Assembly: GCA_036339465.1 (NCBI GenBank)
Contig: JAYZAY010000061.1
Span: 16,489-80,488 of the forward strand
Direction of reading: 5' to 3'
Source of the DNA: Myxococcota bacterium
GTDB lineage: Bacteria > Myxococcota > XYA12-FULL-58-9 > JABJBS01
DNA length: 64,000 nucleotides
Made by a program: the position numbers and the translations under genes. The notes under the pieces were generated by a model. The model saw only the letters and a list, made by a program, of their open reading frames with translations. It searched no databases and was not told the origin of the DNA. Below, piece after piece: positions 30,220 to 40,278 of this stretch (positions are counted from its first letter, which is position 1; every line of letters starts with the position of its first letter).

Positions 30220-30507
30220 TTACTCCGTCGCGAAGAAATCGATTGCATCGCCAGCTTGCAGGGTGATAACGGCTTTTTTCCATCCTGGACTTCGGCCCTG
30301 TACGGTGCCCCTACGCTTGGTCTTCCCTGGCATATTTAGGGTTGCTACGCATGTAACGTTAACCCCGTAGAAAGCCTCGATAGCATTCCGAATCTGGAAT
30401 TTATTGGCCTTAGAGGCAACCGCAAAAGTATACTTGTTGTATTGCTCGGCTTGTTCGGTGGCCCGCTCACTCATGATCGGCCGAAGTAGAATTTGATGTG
30501 CTTCCAT
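30220..30507 (-). CDS. rplW: 50S ribosomal protein L23
   Basis: YTFAV...ANKFQIR...WKKAVITL. Confidence 0.96.
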   Translation of the reverse strand: MEAHQILLRPIMSERATEQAEQYNKYTFAVASKANKFQIRNAIEAFYGVNVTCVATLNMPGKTKRRGTVQGRSPGWKKAVITLQAGDAIDFFATE

Positions 30508-30521
30508 CGTTAGCTCCTTCT

Positions 30522-31169
30522 CTATTCTCGACGGGCTGCCGTCGCAGAACTAGTTGCTCGCTCAATAACCGCATCCACAGCAGCTCGCATGAGGATTAGA
30601 GTATCATGATTCAAGATGTCATAGACGTTGAGCCCGCGTGCTTCGATGTAATCCGACTTAGGAAGATTACGCATGGATAATCCGAGTGCCGCTTTATCTT
30701 GCTCAACTCCCACAACAAGGACCTTCCCCTTTTCAAGTTTCCCCAGAAAAGTGGCAACTTCCTTGGTCCGAGGGGCATCTTGTTCGAATTCTTCGAGAAT
30801 CAAGATTTCGGATTCGGATGCTCGCTGAGAAAGGGCACTCCTGAGAGCGGCTTTTCGAGCTGAACGAGGCAGCCTGTATGCATAATCGCGAGGATGGGGA
30901 CCAAAAACGACGCCGCCGCCTACTTGGTTTGGCGAACGGGTAGACCCCTGTCGCGCACGCCCGGTGCCCTTTTGTTTGAAAGGTTTAGCGCCAGAGCCAG
31001 AGACTTCGTCTCTTGTTTTCGTGGAATGCGTTCCGCGCCGTTTGGACGCCCGCTGCGCTTTCACTTGTTCCCAGAGGAGTGACAGTTTAACGTCTACGCC
31101 AAACACATCGTCGGGGACTTCCATGGAATCAACCACGCGGTTTTCTTTGTCAATCACGTTTACTTTCAT
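30522..31169 (-). CDS. rplD: 50S ribosomal protein L4
   Basis: [32 protein letters not shown]. Confidence 0.97.
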   Translation of the reverse strand: MKVNVIDKENRVVDSMEVPDDVFGVDVKLSLLWEQVKAQRASKRRGTHSTKTRDEVSGSGAKPFKQKGTGRARQGSTRSPNQVGGGVVFGPHPRDYAYRLPRSARKAALRSALSQRASESEILILEEFEQDAPRTKEVATFLGKLEKGKVLVVGVEQDKAALGLSMRNLPKSDYIEARGLNVYDILNHDTLILMRAAVDAVIERATSSATAARRE

Positions 31170-31204
31170 CGCTTCTTCGCCTGTTCTATCGTTGCCTTAA
31201 ATGA

Positions 31205-31513
31205 TCACGACTTGATTTCTACATCCACACCCGCCGCAAGATCCAGTTTCATCAATGCGTCCAGCGTTTGCTGGGTAGGTTCGATGATGTCGAGAAGCCG
31301 TTTGTGAGTTCGTATTTCGAATTGTTCTCGCGACTTTTTATCGACGTGCGGACCGCGTAGTACCGTGTACCGATGTCGCTTGGTGGGTCGCGGTATCGGT
31401 CCTGCTACCCGCGCGCCGGTCCGCAGGGCCGTCTCTATGATTTCCCGAGCTGAAGTGTCCAGAAGTTTGCTATCGTATGCCTTTAGCCGAATACGAATTT
31501 TACTTTCACTCAT
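31205..31513 (-). CDS. rpsJ: 30S ribosomal protein S10
   Basis: [23 protein letters not shown]. Confidence 0.98.
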   Translation of the reverse strand: MSESKIRIRLKAYDSKLLDTSAREIIETALRTGARVAGPIPRPTKRHRYTVLRGPHVDKKSREQFEIRTHKRLLDIIEPTQQTLDALMKLDLAAGVDVEIKS

Positions 31514-31589
31514 CAATTAACTCCAAAGTCTCTCTGAGTCCTAACCTTTTCACTGGAATGCGAACATTCCACGAAGGCAACCACCACCC

Positions 31590-33668
31590 CTAATGGGATG
31601 ATTTGGCAACGATTTCATCAGCAACTTGTGCTGGAACCGGTTCATAATGTCCAAACTGCATCGAATAAGATGCGCGTCCTTGCGTCATGCTTCTTAACTC
31701 TGTCGCGTACCCAAACATTTCTGCCAGCGGCACAGTCGCAGTTATTATCTGAGCTCCGTGACGAACTCCTATGTTAGTCACGCGCCCACGTCGTCGGTTC
31801 ACGTCCCCTACAACGTCCCCCATAAATTCCTCAGGCGTAACCACCTCGGTATCCATGATGGGTTCGAGCAGAACGGGGTTTGCCTGTTTTGCACCCGCTT
31901 GTAAACCCATTGACCCAGCTATTTTGAATGCCATTTCGTTTGAATCGACATCGTGGTACGATCCATCCACTAACGTGACCTTCACATCGACCATAGGATA
32001 CCCTGCGACAACCCCACGCTCGAGGGCTTCTTTAACACCCGATTCAACAGCCTTAAAGTACTCTTTTGGCACAGAGCCGCCCACGACTTCATTGGCGAAC
32101 AGAAATCCGACGCCAGGGGCTTGTGGCTCCACTCTAAGATGCACATGACCGTACTGTCCCCGTCCACCGGACTGTCGCACGAATTTACCTTCCGATTTGA
32201 CCTGGTTCTGAATGGTCTCTCTATACGCAACTTGCGGCTTCCCAACGTTGGCCTGGACTTTGAATTCTCGCGACATTCGGTCCACCAATACGTCCAAATG
32301 CAGTTCCCCCATTCCGCTTATGATCGTCTGGCCGGTATCCTCGTCGGTAGCGACCCTGAAACTGGGATCTTCCTGCGCTAATTTTTGCAGCGCAAGCCCC
32401 AGTTTCTCGCTGTCCGATTTCGTCTTCGGCTCAATGGCGATTTGAATCACGGGCTCCGGGAAAGTCATCTTTTCCAACAAGATCCTGGCGTTATCGACAC
32501 TAAGCGTGTCACCGGTCGTACACGTTTTAAGACCGACGGCGGCAGCAATATTGCCCGCGTATACCTCTTTGACTTCCTCGCGTTTGTTCGCGTGCATTTG
32601 GAGGATTCGGCCGATACGTTCCTTTTTTCCCTTCGCTACATTGACAACGCTATCCCCCGATCGCACGACTCCAGAATAGACCCTGAAGAAGGTCAGCTGC
32701 CCAACAAAGGGGTCGGTCATGATCTTAAAGGCTAGGGCACTGAACGGTTCCTCATCGGAGGATCGGCGCTGGACCGACTCACCCGTACCGGGGTCCTCGC
32801 CTTGGACGGGCGGCAAATCCAATGGATTTGGTAGATAATCGACCACAGCGTCCAGCAGCGTCTGCACACCTTTATTCTTGAAGGCACTTCCACACAGGAC
32901 GGGCGTTATCTCTTGAGAAATGGTTCCGGTCCGAAGCGCCGCAATCAGCTGCGACTCGTCGATCCTTCCACCCTCAAGTACTTTTTCCATTAAGTCGTCG
33001 TCGAAATTGGCCGCTGCCTCCAGTAGCTCCTCCCTATACTGCTCCACATCGACGGACAGCTCCTCCGGGATATCCACTATCCTCGGATTTTCACCCATCT
33101 TGTCGTTGTCCCAAATGACGGCTCGCATTTTCACCAGGTCGACGACGCCGTTAAACCGGTCCTCTGCTCCAATGGGAAGCTGAAGACGGAGGGGTTTCGC
33201 TCCAAGGCGATCAATTAGCATTGAGATGCAGTTTTCAAAGTTGGCACCAATACGGTCCATCTTATTAATGAAACAAATTCGGGGGACATTATAGCGATCA
33301 GCTTGCCTCCAAACTGTCTCGCTTTGGGGTTCGACGCCACTAACGGCATCGAAAACAGCAACGGCACCATCCAAGACCCGCAAGGATCGTTCTACTTCGA
33401 TGGTGAAATCAACGTGCCCAGGCGTGTCGATAATATTGATTCGGTTGTCGCGCCAGAAGCAGGTCGTGGCAGCGCTGGTAATTGTAATTCCACGCTCTTG
33501 CTCTTGCTCCATCCAATCCATCGTGGCGGCGCCGTCGTGCACCTCGCCAATCTTGTGGGATACGCCTGTGTAGTAGAGGATTCGTTCCGTAGTCGTGGTC
33601 TTACCGGCATCAATGTGGGCCATGATACCGATGTTGCGCGTATTTTCTAGCCTGACTTGTCTTGTCAC
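31590..33668 (-). CDS. fusA: Elongation factor G
   Basis: [45 protein letters not shown]. Confidence 0.98.
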   Translation of the reverse strand: MTRQVRLENTRNIGIMAHIDAGKTTTTERILYYTGVSHKIGEVHDGAATMDWMEQEQERGITITSAATTCFWRDNRINIIDTPGHVDFTIEVERSLRVLDGAVAVFDAVSGVEPQSETVWRQADRYNVPRICFINKMDRIGANFENCISMLIDRLGAKPLRLQLPIGAEDRFNGVVDLVKMRAVIWDNDKMGENPRIVDIPEELSVDVEQYREELLEAAANFDDDLMEKVLEGGRIDESQLIAALRTGTISQEITPVLCGSAFKNKGVQTLLDAVVDYLPNPLDLPPVQGEDPGTGESVQRRSSDEEPFSALAFKIMTDPFVGQLTFFRVYSGVVRSGDSVVNVAKGKKERIGRILQMHANKREEVKEVYAGNIAAAVGLKTCTTGDTLSVDNARILLEKMTFPEPVIQIAIEPKTKSDSEKLGLALQKLAQEDPSFRVATDEDTGQTIISGMGELHLDVLVDRMSREFKVQANVGKPQVAYRETIQNQVKSEGKFVRQSGGRGQYGHVHLRVEPQAPGVGFLFANEVVGGSVPKEYFKAVESGVKEALERGVVAGYPMVDVKVTLVDGSYHDVDSNEMAFKIAGSMGLQAGAKQANPVLLEPIMDTEVVTPEEFMGDVVGDVNRRRGRVTNIGVRHGAQIITATVPLAEMFGYATELRSMTQGRASYSMQFGHYEPVPAQVADEIVAKSSH

Positions 33669-33791
33669 AGCTACGCTCCACGGGCCAAACGGGGTTTGGC
33701 GGTTAGGTCCGGACCATTGCCGGGCGGGTTTTCAAAGAACGGTCAGCGAAGCGCCCCTAGGAGTGCCACGTGATTCTTTTGGTTTTTTTAG

Positions 33792-34265
33792 TTACCACCG
33801 GTAGTGTGCGAAAGCTTTATTGGCTTCGGCCATTTTGTGGGTGTCTTCTCGCTTCTTGACGGCAGTTCCGCGATTTTGAGAGGCATCGAGGATTTCCCCC
33901 GCCAACCGCTCTGGCATGGTTCGTTCCGAACGACTCCTCGAAGAGTTGATAAGCCATCTCATTGCCAAGGCTGCTCGACGTTCGGCCCGAACTTCCACGG
34001 GTACTTGATAGGTGGCACCACCGACGCGCCGACTTTTGACCTCGACCATTGGCTTTACATTGTCGAGAGCCTTCTTGAATATTTTCAACGGCTCCTCGCC
34101 AGTTCCGCGCTCGCCAATGAGGTCGAAGGCGTTGTAGACGATGCCCTCTGCGATGCTCTTTTTTCCACCAGTCATAACGGCGTTGGTGAATTTGGCAACG
34201 ATTCTATCGCTGAACTTTGGGTCGGGAAGGATTTTTCGTTTTGGTATTTCTCGACGTCGAGCCAT
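33792..34265 (-). CDS. rpsG: 30S ribosomal protein S7
   Basis: [27 protein letters not shown]. Confidence 0.98.
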   Translation of the reverse strand: MARRREIPKRKILPDPKFSDRIVAKFTNAVMTGGKKSIAEGIVYNAFDLIGERGTGEEPLKIFKKALDNVKPMVEVKSRRVGGATYQVPVEVRAERRAALAMRWLINSSRSRSERTMPERLAGEILDASQNRGTAVKKREDTHKMAEANKAFAHYRW

Positions 34266-34292
34266 GATAATTCTCCTGGGTTTCTTGTCTGC

Positions 34293-34664
34293 TTACTTAG
34301 GCCGCTTGGTTCCATATTTTGAACGACCTTGCTTGCGCCCATCGACACCGACAGTATCGAGAGTCCCGCGGATAACGTGGTAACGAACGCCGGGAAGGTC
34401 CTTGACTCGGCCACCCCTTATCAAGACAACAGAGTGTTCTTGGAGGTTGTGGCCAACACCTGGAATGTAGCTGGTCACTTCGAAGCCATTTGTTAGCCTG
34501 ACTCTAGCCACCTTGCGGAGCGCGCTGTTCGGTTTTTTCGGAGTGGAGGTGTAAACCCGAACACAGACGCCACGCTTTTGCGGACACGCTTGCATGGCGG
34601 GCACTTTATTTTTATCCACCTTTTTCTCTCGTCCCTTTCGGACCAGCTGATTAATCGTAGGCAT
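34293..34664 (-). CDS. rpsL: 30S ribosomal protein S12
   Basis: [30 protein letters not shown]. Confidence 0.99.
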   Translation of the reverse strand: MPTINQLVRKGREKKVDKNKVPAMQACPQKRGVCVRVYTSTPKKPNSALRKVARVRLTNGFEVTSYIPGVGHNLQEHSVVLIRGGRVKDLPGVRYHVIRGTLDTVGVDGRKQGRSKYGTKRPK

Positions 34665-34757
34665 GCTAGTTGTTCCTCAAATCTTTCGGCCGATTCATTA
34701 GCGGTCGGCCACGGCCCGGGGCAAATCAAGTCAATTCAACACCTTGAATGGCGGAGC

Positions 34758-34787
34758 CTAATAAGCAGTCAGGTCATTCATTGTCAA
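34758..34787 (-). promoter_or_regulatory. Putative sigma70 promoter of the str/S10 supercluster
   Basis: Minus strand TTGACA-N18-TATTAG followed by a GC-rich discriminator (GCTCCGCC), about 95 bp upstream of rpsL. Confidence 0.55.
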
Positions 34788-34927
34788 GCACTTCATGTTT
34801 TTGGGTTTGATTTTTCGTTTTTAAGCCGATCCTAAGATCCTTGTTTTAGCTCGAGCTACCGCTCAAATAGGGGCAAGGGTAGCGTCTTGGGCAGGTTGGT
34901 TTATAATGGTCAGCATAGGTGTGAGGC

Positions 34928-36079
34928 ATGATTGAACAAAATGGGTTCGAAAGATGCGACAGAAGTCGTCTGCGGCACGGCTGGGCTTGGCTGAGCTCGG
35001 TAGCGATCCATCTGGCTGCGCTTGTGTTGATTACACTGCCCATCGAGGAACCGACACATTCTGACAAAATTAAGACTCATCGGCTGAAGCTCATCGCTAA
35101 GAGGGCCCTGAAAAATCGCCCCAACCAGCCCAAAAAACGCGTTGCACCCATTAGTAGCGAAAAGTTACCATCGGGCGCAATTGTAGACCTTCCCCCCGAT
35201 ACAAAGTCGGCTAGGCCCGAGGCCGCAAGATTTTTTTCGGACACCAATCACATCGTCAAGAAAGAAACCAAGAGTCGATTTATGCAGCAAAACTATAAGA
35301 ACTCGATGCATGAACGGACACGCCGTTCAAAGTCGACGCCAGAGACACGGCCTCTGCTTAACGAGGTCGATTCCCAAGAGAGTTCTGGAGCTAGAGGAAT
35401 ACCCAATGTATTAACACATGAATTCGAACTGCCGGAGCTCAAATACACCGAAAACCTCCGCTTCAAACCGAGTCAGCAACCATCATCCTTTCAGAATCAG
35501 GTATTTAGTGAGAAAACACCTAAGCATGGGAGGGGTAAGAAATTAAGGCTACCCCGAGGAATGTTTGCGGAGTCTCGTAAGTCGGGAAATGCAGTTCCAC
35601 GTAATCGCCAAAAGCAAATCCCGGTGCTGCCCCAGCTGGGGGTTCTCGCCGCCATCGACGGTGCTCCCGCGAATGATGTCGCTGACGAAGCCATTGATGA
35701 GGGAGATGGCACGTTTCTTAACACGGTCCAATTTCGATATGCCTCGTTTTTCAATCGGCTTCACAAGGAAGTCGACAAAAACTGGAAAGCCCACCGGGAG
35801 TACAGGAAGCGCGATCCGCGAGGCAACGTGTACGGCACCAAGACGCGAAAAACAGTCCTTGAAATAACTTTGGACATGGAAGGCGAACTTAGGAACGTTA
35901 GTATTTTCAAAAGCTCCGGACTTAGCTTTTTGGACCAAGAGGCAATGGCTGCATTTAGAAGGGCTCAGCCCTTCCCCAACCCCCCCCTTGGTTTGATCGG
36001 CGACAATGGAGTTATTCAGTTTAAAGTGGGGTTTATACTTTATCTATCGCGGGATATCCCCCTGCAACTACCAATCTAA
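34928..36079 (+). CDS. TonB-family energy transducer (N-terminal TM, long linker, TonB C-terminal domain)
   Basis: TM segment with SxxxH (SSVAIHLA); C-terminal KSSGLSFLDQEAMAAFRRAQPFPNPP. Confidence 0.85.
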   Translation: MIEQNGFERCDRSRLRHGWAWLSSVAIHLAALVLITLPIEEPTHSDKIKTHRLKLIAKRALKNRPNQPKKRVAPISSEKLPSGAIVDLPPDTKSARPEAARFFSDTNHIVKKETKSRFMQQNYKNSMHERTRRSKSTPETRPLLNEVDSQESSGARGIPNVLTHEFELPELKYTENLRFKPSQQPSSFQNQVFSEKTPKHGRGKKLRLPRGMFAESRKSGNAVPRNRQKQIPVLPQLGVLAAIDGAPANDVADEAIDEGDGTFLNTVQFRYASFFNRLHKEVDKNWKAHREYRKRDPRGNVYGTKTRKTVLEITLDMEGELRNVSIFKSSGLSFLDQEAMAAFRRAQPFPNPPLGLIGDNGVIQFKVGFILYLSRDIPLQLPI

Positions 36080-36089
36080 ACCAACTCAC

Positions 36090-36118
36090 TTGACAATCGA
36101 GGAGCAACGAAGTAGCGG
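36090..36118 (+). promoter_or_regulatory. Possible promoter for relocated rplC
   Basis: TTGACA-N17-TAGCGG (weak -10) just after the TonB stop, upstream of a hairpin leader and a GGAG RBS. Confidence 0.35.
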
Positions 36119-36188
36119 CTAGCCCTTAAACTTGGACCTACGGACGGTGAGCTCACCGCCGCGTCCACACTCACCTGGAGTAAATTCT

Positions 36189-36878
36189 ATGAAAGAGCGT
36201 AAATTAGGAATCCTAGGGCGTAAGCTTGGTATGACCCGCTATTTTGATGAGGAGGGTAACTCTCATGGCGTAACAGTTCTCGAATTAGGACCATGTATCG
36301 TCCTCGCTAAAAGAAGTACGGAAAAACGGGAAAATGGGAAAAGCGAGGGCTATAATGCCCTACAAGTCGGTTTTGCTGCCAAGAAAGCGAAGAAAATCAA
36401 CAAACCAGAAGCTGGTCATTTGAAGGCTGCCGGTGGCAATGAAAAAGCTCGGCGTTTTGTTCGCGAACTCCGTGTATCACCTGAAACCTTAGCCAAATTC
36501 GAAATTGGCCAAGAGATAACACTTGCTGACCTTGAATTTAAGGCTGGTGATCTCGTAGATGTTGCAGGGAAAAGCAAAGGTAAAGGCTTTCAGGGGGTTA
36601 TGAGACGTTATAATTTTGCTGGCGCACCCGCCACCCACGGTGCGCACGAATCATTCAGACATGGTGGTTCAATTGGTTGCCGTAAATGGCCTGGTCGCGT
36701 TTTTAAGGGCCGTAAAATGCCTGGCCATATGGGCACACGAAAAGTGACAACCCAGAATATTGAGATTATTGCCGTTCGCCCCGAAGACAATGCCATTGTT
36801 GTAAATGGTGCTGTACCTGGAGCTAAGAACGGTTACGTGACGGTTCGAGCCGCCATTAAGAAGAATCCTATTGCATAG
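36189..36878 (+). CDS. rplC: 50S ribosomal protein L3 (outside the S10 operon)
   Basis: GILGRKLGMT, GYNALQVGF, SKGKGFQGVMRR, GSIG...PGRVFKGRKMPGHMG, GAVPG; ATG 36189 follows GGAG. Confidence 0.97.
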   Translation: MKERKLGILGRKLGMTRYFDEEGNSHGVTVLELGPCIVLAKRSTEKRENGKSEGYNALQVGFAAKKAKKINKPEAGHLKAAGGNEKARRFVRELRVSPETLAKFEIGQEITLADLEFKAGDLVDVAGKSKGKGFQGVMRRYNFAGAPATHGAHESFRHGGSIGCRKWPGRVFKGRKMPGHMGTRKVTTQNIEIIAVRPEDNAIVVNGAVPGAKNGYVTVRAAIKKNPIA

Positions 36879-37089
36879 GCCGGCTCTCAACGGGTTCCTG
36901 GTCACAAAACTCGCGATTCCATAGAAAACGATAGTCACTGCTATCACTCAGAGCAATCACAGGCTCGGGGCGCGGCTTCCTTTAATCTGTTGTCCGATGG
37001 TCACACAGAAAAACGAAGGGTCCAAATTAAGTGCCCTTAACCAGCCAGCAGAAGTATCGTTAGAAATATTGTTGCGTAAGAAAGAAGAT

Positions 37090-38205
37090 TCAGGTCACGA
37101 CAAAAAAGAGGACACCACTAGCCACAACAATAATACCAATAGCTGCCGCTATCATCACCCATTCAGTCTTGCCCTCTGATTGATCTTTCTCAAGTAGAGC
37201 GGGATCGATATTTTTGTAATCAGGAACTTCTTTATCGGAAACGTCAGCATCACGATTCATCTCCTCCCGGATTTCCTTATCCGGAAGGCCACCCACAAAC
37301 TCATCAAATCCTTCAGACACGGACAAATCATCACCAAGGATAGATTCAGAAAATTCATCATCACCATTTTCAATGGCTACCAGTTCTTCTTCAGAGCCAT
37401 CGTCCGAAATGTCCAGACTTGGGTTTTCCTGGGACTCATCACCAAAATCAAAGCCTGGCACATCCTTGAGCGACTCCATCAGAGCTGCATTCGGATCAAT
37501 AAACAAAAGCTTAACCGGGCCTAACGAAACTTCATCACGATCTCGCAACCTTTGCGTGCCTTCAACAGTCTTCGGTCCAACTCTAACTCCATTTCGAGAT
37601 CCCATATCCTCCACAAAAAAACCGCTCCATTCCTTTCTAACGCGAACGTGGCTTCGTGAAATATTGGGATCGTCGAGCACCCAATCAGCCTCGACCGCTC
37701 TTCCGACGACCCATTCACTTCGATTGGCGGCAAGTACATACTTACCGCCTTCCTGAGCTCCTGAAAGCACCCTAAAATAGGCACCACCCTCTTCCTGGCT
37801 CTCACTTAACCTTCCAAGAATTCCCTGAACCGCTTTGGTTGCAATAACCTGAGTCGAATCCCCCAGCTCAGTCGAGAGTATCTGCTCAGATTCAATAGAG
37901 CACGTTAACTTTGCTTTCGTAATCTCGATGACATCACCATCTTTAACTCGCGTTTTTTCTCCTGCCGTAATCTGATTGCCATTGAGCAGCACACCGTGCG
38001 TCGAGTGTAAGTCCTCCAAGAAATAAACGCCTTCGATTTCGGTAATTCTCGCATGTTGACGAGAACATGAAGCCACGCCCAGTTGGAAATCACAGGTATC
38101 ATCGCGGCCAATCAACATCGCTTGCGCTGAAGACTCATATGTCAACGCTTGGCGGCGGCCATCTTCCAAATTGATTAAAGCGGTTAGACGAATCATTGAC
38201 ACCAA
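37090..38205 (-). CDS. Double FHA-domain membrane protein with acidic linker and C-terminal TM helix
   Basis: Two FHA signatures (IGR...SRQHA...DLHSTHG and VGR...SRSH...DMGSRNG), a D/E-rich stretch and a hydrophobic C-terminus. Confidence 0.85.
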   Translation of the reverse strand: MVSMIRLTALINLEDGRRQALTYESSAQAMLIGRDDTCDFQLGVASCSRQHARITEIEGVYFLEDLHSTHGVLLNGNQITAGEKTRVKDGDVIEITKAKLTCSIESEQILSTELGDSTQVIATKAVQGILGRLSESQEEGGAYFRVLSGAQEGGKYVLAANRSEWVVGRAVEADWVLDDPNISRSHVRVRKEWSGFFVEDMGSRNGVRVGPKTVEGTQRLRDRDEVSLGPVKLLFIDPNAALMESLKDVPGFDFGDESQENPSLDISDDGSEEELVAIENGDDEFSESILGDDLSVSEGFDEFVGGLPDKEIREEMNRDADVSDKEVPDYKNIDPALLEKDQSEGKTEWVMIAAAIGIIVVASGVLFFVVT

Positions 38206-38219
38206 GCAACTACACTTTC

Positions 38220-39302
38220 TTATTTAAGTTCAAGACTTGCAATCCGCTCTCTACACCACGCTAGGCTATCCCCCGTCACCAACGGAGTCCCCAATTCGAG
38301 AACAGCTCTGCAGGTTCGAACAACCTCATCACTGCGTAAGCGCTTATCAAAAATTCGGGCCAGCGCGATCATCGCTTTCCCAAATCGTGGATTTAGACGA
38401 ATAGATATCTGATATTCCTCAAGGGCCTGGGAATTAAGACCACGCTCCTGATAAAGACTCCCCATGCGAAAATGAACGTCCGGATCACCTGGATTCTTCT
38501 CCACCATTTTTAGCGCAGTTTTGATGGCTGAATCCTGTAAGCTCATGCACTGATAAGCCCGCGCAATCTTACGGCGAGATTCCAAATGGGCATTATCGAT
38601 GGACAGCGCACTCAAAAAAGCAGAGACCGCCGTATCGCACTCCCCTAGCTCCAAAAGAGTTGCGGCCAGATTGTATTGAGCATTGGCGTCATTCACACAA
38701 ATTTGAACACCCAACTCAAAGTGGGACTTGGCCTCGACCAATTCCTTCATTTCAAGTGCTACCACCCCTAAGCCCTCACGGCATAAACAAGCCTGTGGGT
38801 CGATTTCCACGCACTTCAGATACTCAGCCCTCGCCTGAGAAAAGTTCTTTTGGGAAGTATGGCACCGGGCTAAATTAATCCTCGCACTAACGTATCCGGG
38901 ATCAATTACAATCGCTTGCATAAACTGGTCACACGCCACCGAGTAGTTCGCTCGGTCGAGAAAAATAGCACCAAGATTGTTGTGTGCCTCAGCGAAATCA
39001 CTGTTAAAAGAAATCGCTAGCTTAAAATATTCCAAGGCTCGGTCATATCGGCCCCGAGCATATTCGACGAGGCCTAAATTATTGTAGGGCTCTCCATACT
39101 TGGGAGAATATTCCAACGCCAGCCTGCATCTCGCTTCTGCTTCAGTAAGCTTGTTCTCAGAAAAATACTGGGCACAAAAACTATTATGCTCCTCCGCAAG
39201 CGGATGGACCACCGTGTTAACGCAATAAGAGCAACCAAAAGGCATTCCCAGAAACATAAGGATGAGTCCCAGCCACGTCCATTTTCGGGGATTTCGATTC
39301 AT
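38220..39302 (-). CDS. Cys-rich TPR-repeat lipoprotein (PilF/Tgl-like)
   Basis: Lipobox-like PFG-C; repeated TPR units (PYNNLGLV, AHNNLGAIF, ARINLA, AQYNLA, VHFRMG). Confidence 0.8.
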   Translation of the reverse strand: MNRNPRKWTWLGLILMFLGMPFGCSYCVNTVVHPLAEEHNSFCAQYFSENKLTEAEARCRLALEYSPKYGEPYNNLGLVEYARGRYDRALEYFKLAISFNSDFAEAHNNLGAIFLDRANYSVACDQFMQAIVIDPGYVSARINLARCHTSQKNFSQARAEYLKCVEIDPQACLCREGLGVVALEMKELVEAKSHFELGVQICVNDANAQYNLAATLLELGECDTAVSAFLSALSIDNAHLESRRKIARAYQCMSLQDSAIKTALKMVEKNPGDPDVHFRMGSLYQERGLNSQALEEYQISIRLNPRFGKAMIALARIFDKRLRSDEVVRTCRAVLELGTPLVTGDSLAWCRERIASLELK

Positions 39303-39348
39303 TCTTTTGTTCCCTTCAATTCAATTCTTAAGCAATCAATTCAGTAGG

Positions 39349-39378
39349 TTATTACGAGAGGGATACAAGCTGTGTCAA
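39349..39378 (-). promoter_or_regulatory. Putative sigma70 promoter for the TPR-FHA genes
   Basis: Minus strand TTGACA-N18-TAATAA, about 47 bp upstream of the TPR start. Confidence 0.4.
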
Positions 39379-39567
39379 TCGCGATAATCAGGACAACCAT
39401 CCATCTTAGAAAATTTTTTGCTTCTACTCGCTCGCCTCCCCCAAAGAATCTACAACCCCATCATAACCACTACAGTCCAGAAAGGTACCACAGAGGACGG
39501 AAAATAAGCGAAAAAAGAGCTGTCATTCGGATTTGACTTCGATTTAAGTCTCCCGCATCATCCGCGG

Positions 39568-40278
39568 ATGAATAATACAGACCTTCGATTCTCTATCCAA
39601 TCTCTTATGTTCATCGTACTCACATCCTTTTCAGGCAGTGCCTCTGCGCAATACAAAAACTTTGCGATACAACTCGATACTGCCGGTTCTTATTGGACCA
39701 AAGGCGCCGTTACTGATGATTCGGACGTACTTCTAGCACCCGATAATAGGGGGTTAAGGCTCTCCCACGAATTTCGAATCGGGGTCCAGTCACAATTTAA
39801 ACTAGACGGGGACAAATGGTGGTTCGTAAATCGCTTTGATATTGGTGCCATCCTTGCAGGAACAGGGGACAACAGCACCAACGAGGGGCGTTACGAAGCC
39901 GCAGTCAACGAAACCATCGGAACACTCATCTTCCTGAAAGGGGGAGCCGGTATCAAATATTACTTTCTCACTGACCAAAACAGACCATTCATCACGCTCT
40001 ACGGCGCATATACTCGACTCTTTAACCTCTCAAGCACTGCCGAACAATTGTGTAGCAACAGTGCAACCTGCGGTGAATCAGGCGTAGGTTCTACCAATGC
40101 CCAAAACTTCTTTGTGCACCCGAATCTCGTCTCTGCAGGACTCCAATTGGGGACAGAAATCATCGTCAAACATGATCTTGCGTTGGTTTTATTCCTCGAA
40201 CCCGAATACACAGTGGTTTTCAATGCCGAAGATAGCTTTCGGCTCTCAGCTGGCATCGGCCTAACCTTCTTTATGTAG
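39568..40278 (+). CDS. Exported protein, probable small outer-membrane beta-barrel
   Basis: Signal peptide (ASA-Q), alternating hydrophobic beta-strand patterns (GAGIKYYF, AGLQLGTEI) and a C-terminal aromatic strand (SAGIGLTFFM). Confidence 0.65.
   Translation: MNNTDLRFSIQSLMFIVLTSFSGSASAQYKNFAIQLDTAGSYWTKGAVTDDSDVLLAPDNRGLRLSHEFRIGVQSQFKLDGDKWWFVNRFDIGAILAGTGDNSTNEGRYEAAVNETIGTLIFLKGGAGIKYYFLTDQNRPFITLYGAYTRLFNLSSTAEQLCSNSATCGESGVGSTNAQNFFVHPNLVSAGLQLGTEIIVKHDLALVLFLEPEYTVVFNAEDSFRLSAGIGLTFFM

Noticed and set aside
18624..34664. Numerous 60-190 aa antisense ORFs over ribosomal and other housekeeping genes
   Set aside because: Shadow ORFs opposite conserved genes, with no independent motifs.
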